Assembly: GCA_951804945.1 (NCBI GenBank)
Contig: OX638150.1
Coordinates: forward strand, 66,340,001 to 66,404,000
Source of the DNA: Podarcis cretensis
Taxonomy: Eukaryota
Reading direction: 5' to 3'
Length of the DNA stretch: 64,000 nucleotides
Shown: positions 48,904 through 62,469 of the stretch, one piece after another
How positions within the stretch are numbered: the stretch's first letter is position 1
Layout: every line of letters starts with the position of its first letter
Translations under genes and position numbers: made by a program
Notes under the pieces: model-generated
Seen by the model: the letters and a program-made list of their open reading frames with translations, nothing else
Told to the model about the DNA's origin: nothing
The model's database searches: none

Positions 48904-49705
48904 GGGTATAACTACTCCCCCTATAGTGGCCCCCACTATATGCAATTCTCTCCCAAGGGATATGCTGTTGACCCCCTTGGCTGCCATATTTAAAAAGACT
49001 TTGAAAACCCACATGTTTTATATAGCTTTTAATGGATGTGTTTTATTGGTCATGCTGCTGCTTTATTGACGTTTTGCCATGCTTCTTATGCTGGTTTAAT
49101 TATATTGTTGGTTTCTTGTATTTTTCCCCACCACCTTGGGTGAACTTGGTCCAGAAAACTAGTGTCTAAATATTTAATTGATTGATTGATTACCAAGTGA
49201 GGCGCTAAGGGAATCTGCAGTGTTTGTCCCAGTATTTTTACAATGGGGGGGGGGGAGAGACTTAGCTAGATGGCAGCCAATGGAATAGTCCACTTGGCAT
49301 TTATTTTTCCATTAATATAAATGCCTTAGTTTAACTTTGATTTAACCTTTGTGAGACTTCATAGTGCTACTAGCAGGACTAATTCTATCTCCCATAAAGA
49401 TACATTTAACAAATATAAACCCATGTGAGCAGTTGGAGAAAATGTACTTAAATAATTGAACAGAAGAAGGTACTTATAGTTTTTAAAGTAGTATAGATTG
49501 ACAAGCTGATACCAAGAGGTTGGTTGCTATGACTGCACTAATTAGTTAAGGGATGCCTTTGGCAATAAGCTAAAATAGAAATAGTCCAACCTTGAAAGAA
49601 ATTAAATTCTTCTATTTGGACGTCAATGGGATCCACAAGAGGACAGAAATACATTACTAGATTTTATTGCTATCAGTTTATGTTGCACACTTCAGCTTCT
49701 AGTTA

Positions 49706-49710
<5 letters not shown>

Positions 49711-49777
<67 letters not shown>
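49711..49777. repeat. Compound microsatellite (TC)n(AC)n
   Basis: Read directly from the sequence. Confidence 0.95.
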
Positions 49778-49778
<1 letters not shown>

Positions 49779-50877
49779 CAAACTCCAAGTCACCTACAGA
49801 TTCCATTTTATGCAGGCCCAGCCTGTGGTTGATACAATCAACTCAGTGTGAGTCACCCCCACAGCCTTGCCTGTTTGAATTGCTAATACCAGCCATGTTA
49901 GTTGCAAATACTCCATGGTCAAATGAACAAATTAAGTCTTATAGTGGCCTCTCACTATCCAGGCTCTTTTTGCTTCCATCAAGAAAAGAGAATCGTGTAA
50001 TGGCTTCCTGAAACAAAATTACATGGTAATGCAAAAGGAGAGAGTCCAGCATCCTCTGCCAGAACGCAGACTGAAGCAGTTGGGTTTAAGGGCCCTTTCA
50101 CAGCAGAGTCAACTCGGTAACTGCTTGTCTGCTGAGAACTTTATGTATTAGCAAATGAGAGTTGGGAAATCACTTGTTTTTCTTGCACAGGATTATTCTT
50201 TTGCACCAGAGTTTTATTCTGACAAGGCTGGTTCAAATGATAGGTTATTGTGAAGTGATTGGCTGGTTGCAGTTGAGAAAAGGCATACAGGCGGATAGCA
50301 TGCAGGGTATTTTTTTAAAAGAGTAGTTCTGAAAACCTGCTGTCCATTCCACCACCAGCAACAACTGAAGGGTAGGCTTGGCTGTTTTGATTCAGTCGCT
50401 TCCCACTAATGGCTCCACCTCTGCCCAGTTACCAGGATCCTGGTTGACCCAGATGTTGGAGAGACTTCTTCAGAAGCAAGAAACTTGGGGCCCCATGTAC
50501 CTCTCCACTCTCACTGAAGACATACAGAAACCCTCAGCATTCCAGAAGGCAGCCCTCCAACGACCCAAACAACATCTTAATACCTGATTCGCCCTCCATC
50601 ACTGATCTGGCCTCAGGAGCATATACAATAGTGGATCAGATGGGAAGCCCAAATACCCAGGAAAAGTGCTGTTTGGCTGCCGGACAGCTCAGCTGGCAAG
50701 GTTCTACACTAAAAGAAGGTTCTATTTGGGATGAACTAGCCTATCTTCAGGAGGAGGAGATCCTGGTACAATACATTAAGCTCCTCATCAGTTTATGATT
50801 TCTTGTTGCAGGAAATGACTCGATGGTGTCAGCTATTTAAATGTTTCTGTCACCTCTGACCCTTTAACACCCAGTGT

Positions 50878-51154
50878 GAGAGCCAGTGTGGTGTAGTGGT
50901 TAAGAGCGGTGGACTCATAATCTGGTGAACTGGGTTCGCGTCCCTGCTCCTCCACATGCAGATGCTGGGTGACCTTGGGCTAGTCATACTTCTCTGAAGT
51001 CTCTCAGCCTCACTCGCCTCACAGAGTGTTTGTTGTGGGGGAGGAAGGGAAAGGAGAATGTTAGCCGCTTTGAGACTCCTTTGGGTAGTGATAAAGCAGG
51101 ATATCAAATCCAAACTCCTCCTCCTCTTCCTCCTCCTCCTCCTCCTCTTCTTCT
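50878..51154 (+). mobile_element. Squam3/POM-type SINE
   Basis: Same head, body and (CCT/CTT)n tail as the 5746 copy. Confidence 0.88.
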
Positions 51155-51728
51155 TTTCAGAGTTTCTAGATTCTGTGGCTGCTGCTGCTGCTACACCTTG
51201 TGCTGCTCTTAGACACCTGGGACTCAGCTACATTAGTAAAGGAAAAGTGCTTGATATGCGTTATAACATTGTGTCACCAGATGGCACTGTGGAGTCCCGT
51301 CTTTCGCCAATGTGGTTTCCCTTTATGAAGTTTGCAACACATTTTTCTGAAACACTTTTTTCATGTGTCTAGATCCAGCCCTGGTCATATCTTCGCCTTA
51401 GTACTGATTCTATCTCGTCTGCCATGAGGTGCCTAACCTACTGCTGGTGCTATTGTGGGTTGCACTGAAGAGCAAGGAACTTTGAGTTCTGTGGCCGCCT
51501 GTTTTTCTACAGCTACAGCACACATTGTTCTTGTTGGCTGAGAATGATGGGAGCTGGAATCTAAAAACTTACATACTTTGCTCTCAAACATGTTATACAC
51601 AACTCTCATTTTTTTGTACATATAGTTTATAAATTTTCAAAAATAGACTTCAGAAAGGTCACACATTCCCTAACACTGACATAGGGGGATCCTTTCCTAG
51701 CCCACTGATGGCTGTCATTTAGTCATTC

Positions 51729-52405
51729 TGTAAAGAACTGCTTAGATACTGACTGATGCAGGGTCCATGATAATCATATTTAGATAATGGAAGGAACCTT
51801 TCTGCTGTAGTGCTTGCCAGGATTAGGGGCTGAGAATTATCGCTTATCCATCTAAGCGATGGGCAGGGTTTGCGACCCGGCATGGGCTTCCCGAGCCTGG
51901 GTGACACCCATCTTGTTTGCTGGGCCATCACTCCACCCCCTCCTCAGCTAGCCAATCGGCTGCAGGCTGGGGGGCAGAGTGAGGACCAGGGAAGGGAAGG
52001 ATCTAGCCAATCTTCTCCTAGTCGGTCTTCAGAATGCGGGGGGGGGGGGGGGTAGCATTATTATGCACCCCCATGTGGCCGCGTTTGCAGGGTCTGTTAA
52101 AAGGTTGGTTGTGGAAGTCTCTGGCCCTGAGTGGCGGCGTTAGGTCAAAATCTACATCAGGTGAAATGGGGGGGGGATGCTACGTAAATTCTCGTTTTGC
52201 AGTCTCCCTCACAACACCTGTCAGCCCTGCGTATCCTCAGACCCAACTGGGCTAAGAGGGATGTCATCCAATGCCTAAGCCCAAGGTTTCCTACATCTGA
52301 AATCAATAAAGTTGTGGCCTATTTTAATCCCATACATCGTTGTCGTGTCTCATTATTTATGGGCTGGCTCCCGGGCAGGGGGGTTAGCGCATGGGCTTGC
52401 AAACA
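51729..52405 (+). mobile_element. Probable solo LTR
   Basis: TGTAAAG start, two AGCCAATC boxes, TTAAAAG, AATAAAGTTGTGGCC (shared with the 63625+ element), CpG-retaining. TSD ambiguous (cattc). Confidence 0.5.
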
Positions 52406-52520
52406 TTCATTACTGAAGAGTCCAGCTTTCCAGACTGTGAATGTAGATCCATGGAGGAGAAAGTCATCTATAAGCAGAAAATCTCTGGAATGATTCCACA
52501 GGAGACTCTGCTGCATGTCC

Positions 52521-52758
52521 CCAGGGCCGGCACAAGACAGTTTGGTGCCCAGGGAACCACAGAATAGCACTCCCTTCCCACCAGGGGAGAAAGGGTGAGT
52601 AGGGAATAAACCATTAAATAAAACATTATTTAATAAAGCATTGAATAAAACATTAGGAACAAATGGGGAATAAAGACCTACATTGAGATCTGCTTCCCTT
52701 GCAGAGGCTGCTGCCTGAGGCAGTTGCATAACCTTGCCTCATGATTGGGCTGGCCCAG
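52521..52758. mobile_element. hAT-like MITE, same family as 33356-34671
   Basis: Termini CAGGGCCGGC...GGGCTGGCCCAG. Shared internal motifs ccaccaggg, gatctgc, ctgaggcag, ttgcctcatg. Confidence 0.55.
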
Positions 52759-55550
52759 TATGTTCAAGTCAACCAGTGCAACATGCTTCATTGTCCAGTT
52801 CCTCAGGATATCAACCATCCCAGTTTCCTTGCCTGGCTTTGAAACTGATGCTGCATGATTACACTTCCTTAATATTTTGCCTGCTGAATTCCCTGGATTT
52901 GCGTTAATTAGTTTTCATGGATTCTGTTTAATATTTCACCTACTGGATTCCTTCACTGGTCGGTTTTCACTCTTCATACAGAAACTTGGCATGCCAGGCC
53001 TTGACATATTCTGTTTTCATGTTGCAGATGGGTGGATAAATGCAAGTTTATGGACCTCTGTTTTGCATCGTTCAGATAAATAGTTCCATAAAACTGCCCT
53101 GCACAATAAAAACACTCTGTAGTGTTTTCTTGATGTACTTTATTACTTGTCTATTTGGTATCATTACTTATTGAGTGGAAATGAGTGGGCAGGTATTAAT
53201 CTTCTCTCTTCTCCTTTACTTCTTGCACATTCGGAAGCATCAAGAAGATTTCAATTTCAACATGAGCTGTTGTGACAGGACAAAGGAAGGCACCATTCAC
53301 CTCTTCCTGTTGATTCAGGCTTTTGTCTTCACTGGGCATTTTTCTCAGAATGTGCTGTCACAGCTCTGGCATTCTGAATCTCTTTGGAATACTTGCACGG
53401 TATTTTCCAGAGTGTGCTTTCACCTTCCTTTTCTTAGGTAACAGGAGCAATATTTTAAAGAAGAAAGCCAAGCCAGTGAGTATGCTTGCTACCAAGCTGT
53501 TTGCAGAGCTTTTTGCAAGCAACCCACATGGCTGTTCCTTCACAAGTATCCTGTAAAAGCTGAGGGACTTACTTGCCTAAAGCCACTACACAAAGAGGGG
53601 ATTTGTACACACACTTCCACACTTGTGTCTTTTTATGTACAGGCAGTCCTGTCATCTGGCAGAGGGGAATTGGTTATGGGAGAAACAGTTGTGGGGCTGC
53701 CATCACTGCCCTCCAGCAGGTGGGTGCCTTCCTCTGTCTAATCTAATGGAAGTACTGCCCCTAATTTAAACACAAACCATTTTATCAGGCCTGGGGTGAC
53801 CGAGGCACAGAGCTCTGTGATCCATGAGCTGCCCTTCCACCCTGAATAGTCACTTCTTTTTGCCAAGAGTCCGTTTCACGGGCGTTTCAGTGCTAATCCC
53901 CTGCTATGTGAAGATGGCTACCTATTGTTTAGCTGCTCGGGGGTTTAATTGCAGCTACTGCAATTCTCCCCCTTCCCCTGATAGATTTCATCTTTTCACT
54001 TGACAGTTCCTTTGTGGGTGTGTGGAGGCAGTTCTCATGTTAGCTGTTGAGTCATTTTATAATAAATAATCAGTGATAAGTAGAGTGGCATACATTCATG
54101 TGCAAATGAGCCCCAAGACATCAACTCTCTCACTGGGAAAGAGGGGTAAACGTGCATGTACTCGCTGTGAAGACTGATTATAATTCATAGTATCTGAAGG
54201 CAAAACATGTCTAAGGGCAGTTTGAGTTTGTTTTGTTTTTTTAAAGGAAATTCTATCCATAGCATTATATTCATGCCAGGTACATAGCAGAATATCCTGT
54301 ATGGCAGATACCACAGAAACATACCACAGAAACAAACTTCAACATAAGCTGTCTAGACTAGATGTCTCAACAGAAGAGGAAACAGAAGAGGTAACACAAC
54401 TTTGCCTTTCTGTGCAGTAAAACAATCCTATATAAAGTTTGGCTTTAAGGCAGCAATGGGGAACCTGTGACCCTCTAGATGTTGTTGGACTCCAGTACCC
54501 ATCTTTGTTGAGCATTGGCAATGCTGGCTGGGGCTGATGAGAGCTGGAGTCCAGTAAATTCTGCAGGGTTGCTGGTTCCCCCATTCCTGCTAAGGACATA
54601 ACCACACAGAGTCCCGAGGAGTCTAAAAAGTGTGTGATCATATGGAAAATCCATTCCCTGCATGCCATAAGACAGCTGCAATGTTTCCCACACTTCATCC
54701 CAAAAATCCACACAGCAAATTGGAGGGCAGTGGGGTTAGGTCATCACAGTGCTCCATAAATGTACTGTATCTTCTTCTGAAGGTATTGCTTTCTGCACTT
54801 CTTCTCTATACCTGTATTATTTGCAGTTGTACTTGCTAGTGGCCATTTAAAATGTTAATTAGAGTGACGTGTCAGATGGTCCAGTTCCTCTGAAGAGAAC
54901 CTGTCAACTGAAAATAACCTCCTGACAGAAGAACTTAAAAAAAGACATGCCTAGGTTGAACTTCTTCAGATTGTTAAATAATTTCCCAAGCAAGCACTCT
55001 CTTCCCCTCACACTATATTCTCCAATTTTAATAAAGCTATGGCTGTGCAAATTATGAATAATGAGCAAGCATTGAAGTTCTTCATCCCATCCCTTCATGC
55101 ATGGAAAGGAGAGTAGGCTGAATTGTGAGATTTGCACTATAGGTTTTTCATTGGTAAGTCTCTTTTACTGGCCCATTTATTGAACACAACTGTGCACTTC
55201 ATTGCAGCATCCAACTGTATATGTCAGTGCAGTATAAAGAAAAACCCTGGAGTATAAGAGTCTGCAAGAGACAATATGTTTCAGGATGTTATGTTTTGCA
55301 AAGAAAATCCATCCAAAACAGAACACCTTCCAACAGAAGCACATACATTATTGAATGACCCCCATGGCCTCTCATTTCTGTTTCTCATTCTCCTCAACTG
55401 CCCTTCTCAGACTGAGAGAATATGGTCATACACTGTATAATTTTGCACTGAAAATTCAGTTTCCTGTTTGTTTGTTTTTTGTCATATGCCCTTTTGCATC
55501 CCTTGGAATGTTCAGTTGAGAAATTGTATGCAAAATGCACATACTAGTTT

Positions 55551-55618
55551 ATTAATAATAATACTATTTTTATTTCTGGAGATTATTAATAATAATACTA
55601 TTTTTATTTCTGGAGATT
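55551..55618. repeat. Perfect 34-bp tandem duplication
   Basis: attaataataatactatttttatttctggagatt, two copies. Confidence 0.95.
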
Positions 55619-57677
55619 TCTCACACATTGAAACTTGTGATCATTCCCTATGGGAAATTTCTGTTCTATAGCTTAATAGCTTTGGTTCTCTGTTAATTTA
55701 CTTAGTAGCATGTTCTGCTCCTGCATAAGATGGCAATCATATAGTGTTAACAGATTCTTCAGTCAGATAATCTCAGCATTTAAGATAAAATTGCACTTAA
55801 AGCAATGTAACTTCATCTCCCAGTGAAATCAAAAGGTGAAGCATCTAGAGGCAGCTTGAAAAGCATATAATGAGCTGAAAGGTTACAGTCTTTGCAACAA
55901 AAACTAGTCAGTCCATTGATAAAAGAATAATAATAATCTCAGATCAGAAAGGTTTGTGGGGTCATTGTAGTCGGTGGACCATTGTGGACCTCCCGGCTAG
56001 CTTCGCAAACAGGCTACTTCTACAGCAGCACATTTTTAGTAAACTCCATGTTGTTTTATGGCTGGTAGCTTTTTCTCTACATAAGATTTTGCTGTTTTAT
56101 TTTTCTTGCTGCTCAAGGCTATAACCGAGTCAGACCTCCATGATTAGGAATGGGACTGAATTGCACATCAATGTTCTGGCACCTTTTTGGGTCATCAGTA
56201 CAGTACCTCGGGGGCCACTTTGGTGCTAAAGCAAAATATTCAAGAGTGTGGGTGAGATGGTATTATGTACATAAAACAAAATATAAATATGACCTATCTA
56301 TCTAAACTCTATGCAAGCAGACACACAGTGGAATATCAATCATCTGTACCAAAGGAATGAGTTGCTCAGAATAGTCTCTGTTTTTAAAAAATCAAATGGG
56401 TAAAGTAGGACAGATGATCCTGACAGCCTGTAGCTGTGAGGTTGAGTATTCTTAGTAAAAACACTGAAGTGCTTGCATTTGCTTCTCATAGAAATCTGAT
56501 TTTTTAAAAAAATAGATCAACATTAGGGAACAAAATCTTTGAGTGGCTATAGTATTATTAGCTTTATTTCTTGTCAATCAGGCATTTTCCATGTGTATTG
56601 TCAAGACAGTATTGTGTTGACACCTGCTTAGTAAAATGAATCGGAGACTTGTCCCAGATTTCAGTTCTGGTAGGGTTAGTTTATGTAACATTTTCTGTCT
56701 TCTTCTTTTTAAAAAAATGTAGTTCAGATCCTCCTAAGTGTAGTACAGAGATTTATTTCTCTTTGTAGTTCATGGCCTTAATTACAGATCCTTTGCAAAT
56801 CACTTCCCAACATCTTTTGAACTATCAAGCCACAGTGTATCATAATGATTAGTTGTGGGTTTCTATTTTGGAAGAAACAAGAGAGGCTGGGTGCTGGGGC
56901 TCAGGTGAAGAGGTAGCTGCCGGTGCATGTTGAAGAGCACCGAAGTGCACAGTGGATGTCAACATTGCCCAAATGAGCTGTGTCATCTAATTATTTTCAA
57001 TCGCAATCATGATCTTTTCACTAACGTTTTCCTGTGCTGATGCTTGCGTGCCTAATGTAGCTGACTCTGACTTTATGATCCCTGTTGTTACAGCGTGCTG
57101 TGCTTAATTGCTTCATTGCCGTAACAAACAGACGTTCTGAACAATTGGACAATAACATGAAAAGGAGGTAGGGAAGTAGCTTGAGATGCTTTCATTTTAA
57201 TTATGTTGATAGTGCACCCTGTGGCTTTCAGAAACAATGCTAGAACACTGTTATTTTGATAGCCCCCTCCCCCCTCCAACAACTTTAAATGAGATCTAAT
57301 AATTTTTTATTTTTATGTAAAGAATTTTGACCTCCATGAAGTGAGCTCCTTTGTTTTTCATTCAAAAAGCTCCTCCGAAACTCCTTGCAGCCTGGTCCCA
57401 GTTTAGCAACACATTACCACTCCTTGGCAAAGTATTCATAAACATACTGAAATTGCATTAAATTGGGTACTGTGTAGAAATGACAGCAGAAGATTAAATC
57501 TGGATATGCCACATAACCAAGCTGGGAGTCCAACTTGAAGAGCAAAACAGTCCTCAGCACTGGCCCTAAGCCCCCACCCCTTTGTCAGGAGCTTGTCCTA
57601 CTCTCAAGTAGGACCCTGGCAGAGACACATGCCCGACTGGCAGCTTGCCATTTGACAGTCTTTGCCATTTCCCCAGC

Positions 57678-57858
57678 ATCAATGGTAGAACGTCTGCTTT
57701 GCATGTAGAATGTCCTACATTAAATCTCCAGAATTTCCAAGCAGGGCTGGGAGAAGAAACCATTTGAAATCCTTGAGGACAGCTGCCAGACACCGTAGGA
57801 TAACACTGAGCTAGATGATCCAAGGGTCTGTCTTGGTATAAGTGAGCTTTCTATGTCT
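57678..57858 (+). mobile_element. Old Squam2-like SINE
   Basis: tggtagaacgtctgctttgcatg...cagggctggga...ctgagctagatg...ggtataag. Confidence 0.6.
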
Positions 57859-58032
57859 CTGTTTCCTCAGAAGAAAATAATTGTGGAGGTGAAGAAGACC
57901 TCATCTACTTTGTATCTTGTTCCTAAGAATGTGATATTGCCGTATACTGGGCAGGCAACAATAGACTTTCATTGGCAATTTATACTCTCCTGTTAGTATT
58001 TGATCTTGGAGTACTTTAGTGTTTTAATATAT

Positions 58033-58213
58033 GTTGTTGTTAGCATCCTTCTGTCTTGAGAGACAATGGAGTGCGCCTCCAGGAATGGAGTCAAACCACT
58101 GGAGAATCACAGCACTTATGGCTGCAGAGATCTGTGACTTATAACTGCTGCCTCCTGCGTTATTTCTGTTGTGTTAGCAGCACCGAAGTGACCTGCCCAG
58201 GATGCAAGCAGGG
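58033..58213 (-). mobile_element. RTE-1-like 3' end or RTE-tailed SINE
   Basis: gttgttgttagcatccttctgtcttgagagacaatgg resembles the reverse complement of an RTE 3' terminus with a (CAA)n tail. Confidence 0.45.
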
Positions 58214-58930
58214 TTAAATAAGCATGAATAGGCTTGTTCACTTTACGGAGTTAGTGGGAAGCTCTTCCTCTTTTATATGATATCACTGATCACCAATAGA
58301 CAGAGCCCTGTTCTCTTGAATATGACTCTATTATAACTGTGCACAGTTGCCTTCAGCTTCTGCTTATAGTATTGTTAACCCAATGACTGAGAGCTGCAGC
58401 ACACTGTTTTTCTGAACAAAAACTTGGAGACCTATTTCACCCTGGGCATGCTGTTCAGACTGTGCATGCTAAGGTTTGGAAGAATTGCCATCCCTCAAAA
58501 GAGGTCACCTGCTGGATCTCTGTTTGTGTTTCTCTTCTGGGTATTTCTCCTGACTGGAAGGAGGAATGCCCAGAGGCTCCATTTATTTGTTTCATTTATT
58601 TCATGCAGCACATTAAACGTGCTCTTGTCTCAAGTCACACTAGTGTGCCCTGGCATACAGTTTGAAAATGATTGTGTTGGAGGTGCTCTTTGACCTGGCA
58701 AAGAGTCACTCTGCATCTAAACAGGCTGCGAGGGTTTAAATTAAGTCTGTGTTTAAGTGCCTTCTAAGCGCTTTGGAGATAACTGCCACTGAGTTCAATG
58801 TAACTTACTCCCTGAGAAGTGCAGGATGCTACTATTTTGCTGAGAATGGCTGAAGGTTTGCAGCATGATACATGCCCATGCAGAAACTTATTAAGTTAGA
58901 TGGGGCTTGCTCCCAAGTAAGTGGGATTAC

Positions 58931-59199
58931 GTTATTGTTGTTTAGTCGCTTAATCGTGTCCGACTCTTCGTGACCCCATGGACCAGAGCACGCCAGGCAC
59001 TCCTGCCTTCCACTGCCTCCCGCAGTTTGGTCAAACTCATGCTGGTAGCTTCGAGAACACTATCCAACCATCTCGTCCTCTGTCGTCCCCTTCTCCTTGT
59101 GCCCTCCATCTTTCCCAACATCAGGGTCTTTTCCACGGAGTCTTCTCTTCTTATGAGGTGGCCAAAGTATTGGAGTCTCAGCTTCAGGATCTGTCCTTC
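58931..59199 (-). mobile_element. 5'-truncated BovB (RTE) LINE
   Basis: LKLRLQYFGHLIRREDSVEKTLMLGKMEGTRRRGRQRTRWLD...HGVTKSRTRL. (CAA)n tail. 12-bp TSD aagtgggattac at 58919-58930 and 59200-59211. Confidence 0.93.
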
Positions 59200-60777
59200 A
59201 AGTGGGATTACAGTTGTACCCAAATATTTGAAGAATTACTGGAAATAAATGACTCCACATTTCAGAGATATTTAAAAATGGGGGAGGGATTACTTCTGAT
59301 TTTCCACACAATATTATAATACTTGGTATTTCATCTGTTGAGGAGTCCTTCCCTGTAGCATATATTCTCTCCATCTGGCAAGAATGGATAGTAAATGGGA
59401 AAAGAATAAGCTAAGTATCCAGGCTGTTTTTCACCCTTTCAAGTCAAATACATACAATGGTGGAAAGGACACAACTGAGCTATCCTGACACTGCTGTAGA
59501 TTATGGGCACAAATGCCTACTTTGACTGCTTAAATCTTCACAATTACCAGTGTAATAGTATGAAAAGTACTCTTAATAGCCTGCAACCTAGTGCGACATG
59601 TGAGGCAAACAAGCCAGCTCAGTCGCCACCAGCCTTTATTAATACAATTTGCATAGAATTACCATATTGCTTTACAGTTCTACTTGAAAAACTATTGCTT
59701 TTGACAAGTTCCCTAACCTTTATTAGCATTTGTGGGGCATGAAGAACTTCCCACTAGGGGGAAAAAGCAAACAAGAGCAAAACATGCCCCACCTCCCAAA
59801 AAAGTTAACGATCAATAGGCAATTTGATACTTTCCTGGACATTATGAGAAATAACTTGCTAAAGCTGGAGATGCTTTATTAAATGAAATGGTGCTCTGAC
59901 TACTTTTATTTCATTTTCTTTTGCACACTGCTGCTTAGAGCTGGAAGCAGTATTTGCATATTCGCTTCTCCACTTCTTAAGGTGTAACACCCTTATTTGA
60001 TGCCAGGTTTCCATACTATGTTAGCATCACTATGTTAGGTGGCTTCTGATGTGGAGACTCTCTATGGAATGAGGTAGAGATATTAGACTTGTCTCACAAC
60101 ATTTTATGGGAGCAATGTTTACTTCATGTTATATAGGTTGTAGTATATGGATTGGTACTTGTTATAGCCCCATTCGTCTGCCATAGATGTACATAGCTTA
60201 CAGACTCTCCAACTGCAGCTGTCTTTGCTATAATAGGTTGGCATGGAGGATAGAACATCTCTGTTGCTCATTTTAATCTAATTCTGCTTTGGGACACAGT
60301 CTGTTGCTTCTGAAGCTCCAAGGATGGGGCGGAATGCTAAACCAAAAATGCTAATGCCCATTAAAATGTCTTCATTGCTTTCTTATTTCCGTTTAAGGTT
60401 GGTTGCAGCTTGCTTCTGACAGGAGAACACATACTAGGCAAGATCTGAAATTTAGATATTTATTAGCTTTATTATTATCTTCTTTTTTGCAAAAAAAGAT
60501 CTTCTTGTTCTGACAAGCTCTAATAGACAATTTCTAAGCCCAAAGAAGAATGAATTGCAGCTATTGGGACACAAGCTGCCATACCTTTATCTGGAAGAAC
60601 TCTTGCACCTTGAGCAGCTGGGTGATGGTGTCAGAAATTCAGCAGGGCTAGTGTTTCCCATCCCTGCATTTCCATATACTGTAACTTCCATGTGATACCG
60701 GAAATATAAAAATTTTGAAGTAGCTTTCAATGTCCATGCCAGCTTTCCTAATATGCCTAGATAGCAGCCGTTCTGTT

Positions 60778-62360
60778 TAGCTGATTGCAGCCTTTGGGAG
60801 CCCATGACCAGGACTTATAAACTGGAGCGTCTGTGAGGGTTTGGTGGAGACTGACGAGAGTAAGCTTGTGTATTTTGTATTAAAGCTAGTTGCTTGTCTA
60901 AGTTGTTTGAGGCTTGATTGTGTGTTTGTGGGTGTGGGTGGCCATTTGCTCTGCTAGAGCACATGGTCTGAGGGGCTACTGCTGAGAGGAAGTCAAGCTG
61001 AATGTGGGAGCAAGTTGGCGGGGGAGCTCACAGTCAGCAGCAGTTCTGCTGAGCTGAATGCAGCTTCTGGGAGCTCATGACCAGGACTTGTAAACAGGAG
61101 TGTTTGTGTGGCCATTTAGTGGGGGAGTCTGAGGGAGAGGTCTGGAGTGCTGTCTCATGATGTGTATAGGACCAAGATACATGGACAATGAGGGAGCAGC
61201 TGCAGTGACCTGCAGCACCTTTGTCAAGTATGCCTTCCTGCCTGAGAATGTGCAAAACTGCATCTGCAGCAAATGCCAGATGGTTGCCTTTCTGGAAGAG
61301 CAACTTGAGACTCACCTATCCACACTTCAAGCTACTGGGCAAATGAGGAATTTCTTGATCGAGCAGAGTGGACAGCAATGCAGGTGGATTGCCTCTAGGG
61401 AGGAGGAAGATCACCCATTGCAGAAGACAAACACTTGGAGAATGTGACACACAGAAGCAGGATTGACAGGAGCCATGCTGTGTCGCTGGAGTTGCAAAAT
61501 TGATTCCATGCCCTCACCTCAGACATAGATTCTGGGCCAGAGGAGCAAGGAGAGCAGCTGCAGACCTCAGAACACACCACGGTGACTGTGGAAGGGGCAG
61601 TGTACAGAATGATGTTGGATATTCTCTCTGTGTGTTTGAGAATCATTTGTTCAAAGAAGAACAGAGAAGAAGTTTCAAGAAGCAACAGAAGCCTGAGATT
61701 GTTTTGTCTATGCAAGGACATTTTTTGTGGGAACTGTTCCTTGGACACATGCAGTGTGACAGGAAGTACTGATAACAATGGTTCTGTGTAACCTGTTGTA
61801 ACTTTTTGTGAGTCTCTTGCTTGCGCCTTGCGGTAAGAGAAGCAGAGAGAGAGTCTTGGACTCTTGTTGGACTCTGAGCATGCCTTAACCACGGCAGTGG
61901 TGAATATCTGTATATATTTGCTACCAATATACTTTTATGCCTGTCGAGTAAACCCCTACACTTGACTGAATCCTTATACAAGTGTTTATTGCCTGCTGTG
62001 TGTACCTTCATTACCTGCATTGAGTTGTAATTCTGCTGAGTTTGGATACTGGCACACACGCACAGTGAAAGTGATGCTGGACCCAATCCTTCTCTAATCA
62101 TCCATCATAGGTTGATGGATTCATCCAACAAATGATTCATGCCACTCTCCTGAGGAGGAAAAAATGTGTGGTACTGGTAGGTGAGACAGAGGCAGCAGTG
62201 TGTGGAGGTGACAGGATATCCCGGGAAATGTGTTGTCTTCCAGGTGCAGAGATTCATGATGTGAAAGAGAAATTGCCAAGTCTCACCGCAACCCCTTGCT
62301 TCTGATTCATATGGGTACAAACAATACTGCCACACATAGCAAGGGACTATGAGACTCTGG
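60778..62360 (+). mobile_element. CR1 5' portion: repeated 5'UTR and ORF1 remnants (Cys-rich N-terminus, esterase-like domain), interrupted by a ~0.5-kb insert
   Basis: AVTCSTF...CICSKCQMVAFLEEQL (61181-61330) and SREMCCLPGAEIHDVKEKLPSL (~62219-62285) resemble CR1 ORF1. Confidence 0.65.
61613..62100 (+). mobile_element. Possible solo LTR splitting CR1 ORF1
   Basis: TG...CA ends, TATA-like and AGTAAA motifs, lies between two CR1 ORF1 segments. No clear TSD. Confidence 0.35.
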
Positions 62361-62469
62361 GCAGGAAATTGAATCATGTTCTGAGCATCTCTCTTTTTCA
62401 CATAGGGTTAGTGGGAGTTCTAGATTTTTGGTTCTTTTATCAGTACAGTACAGAAATTTTAAGGATCCC

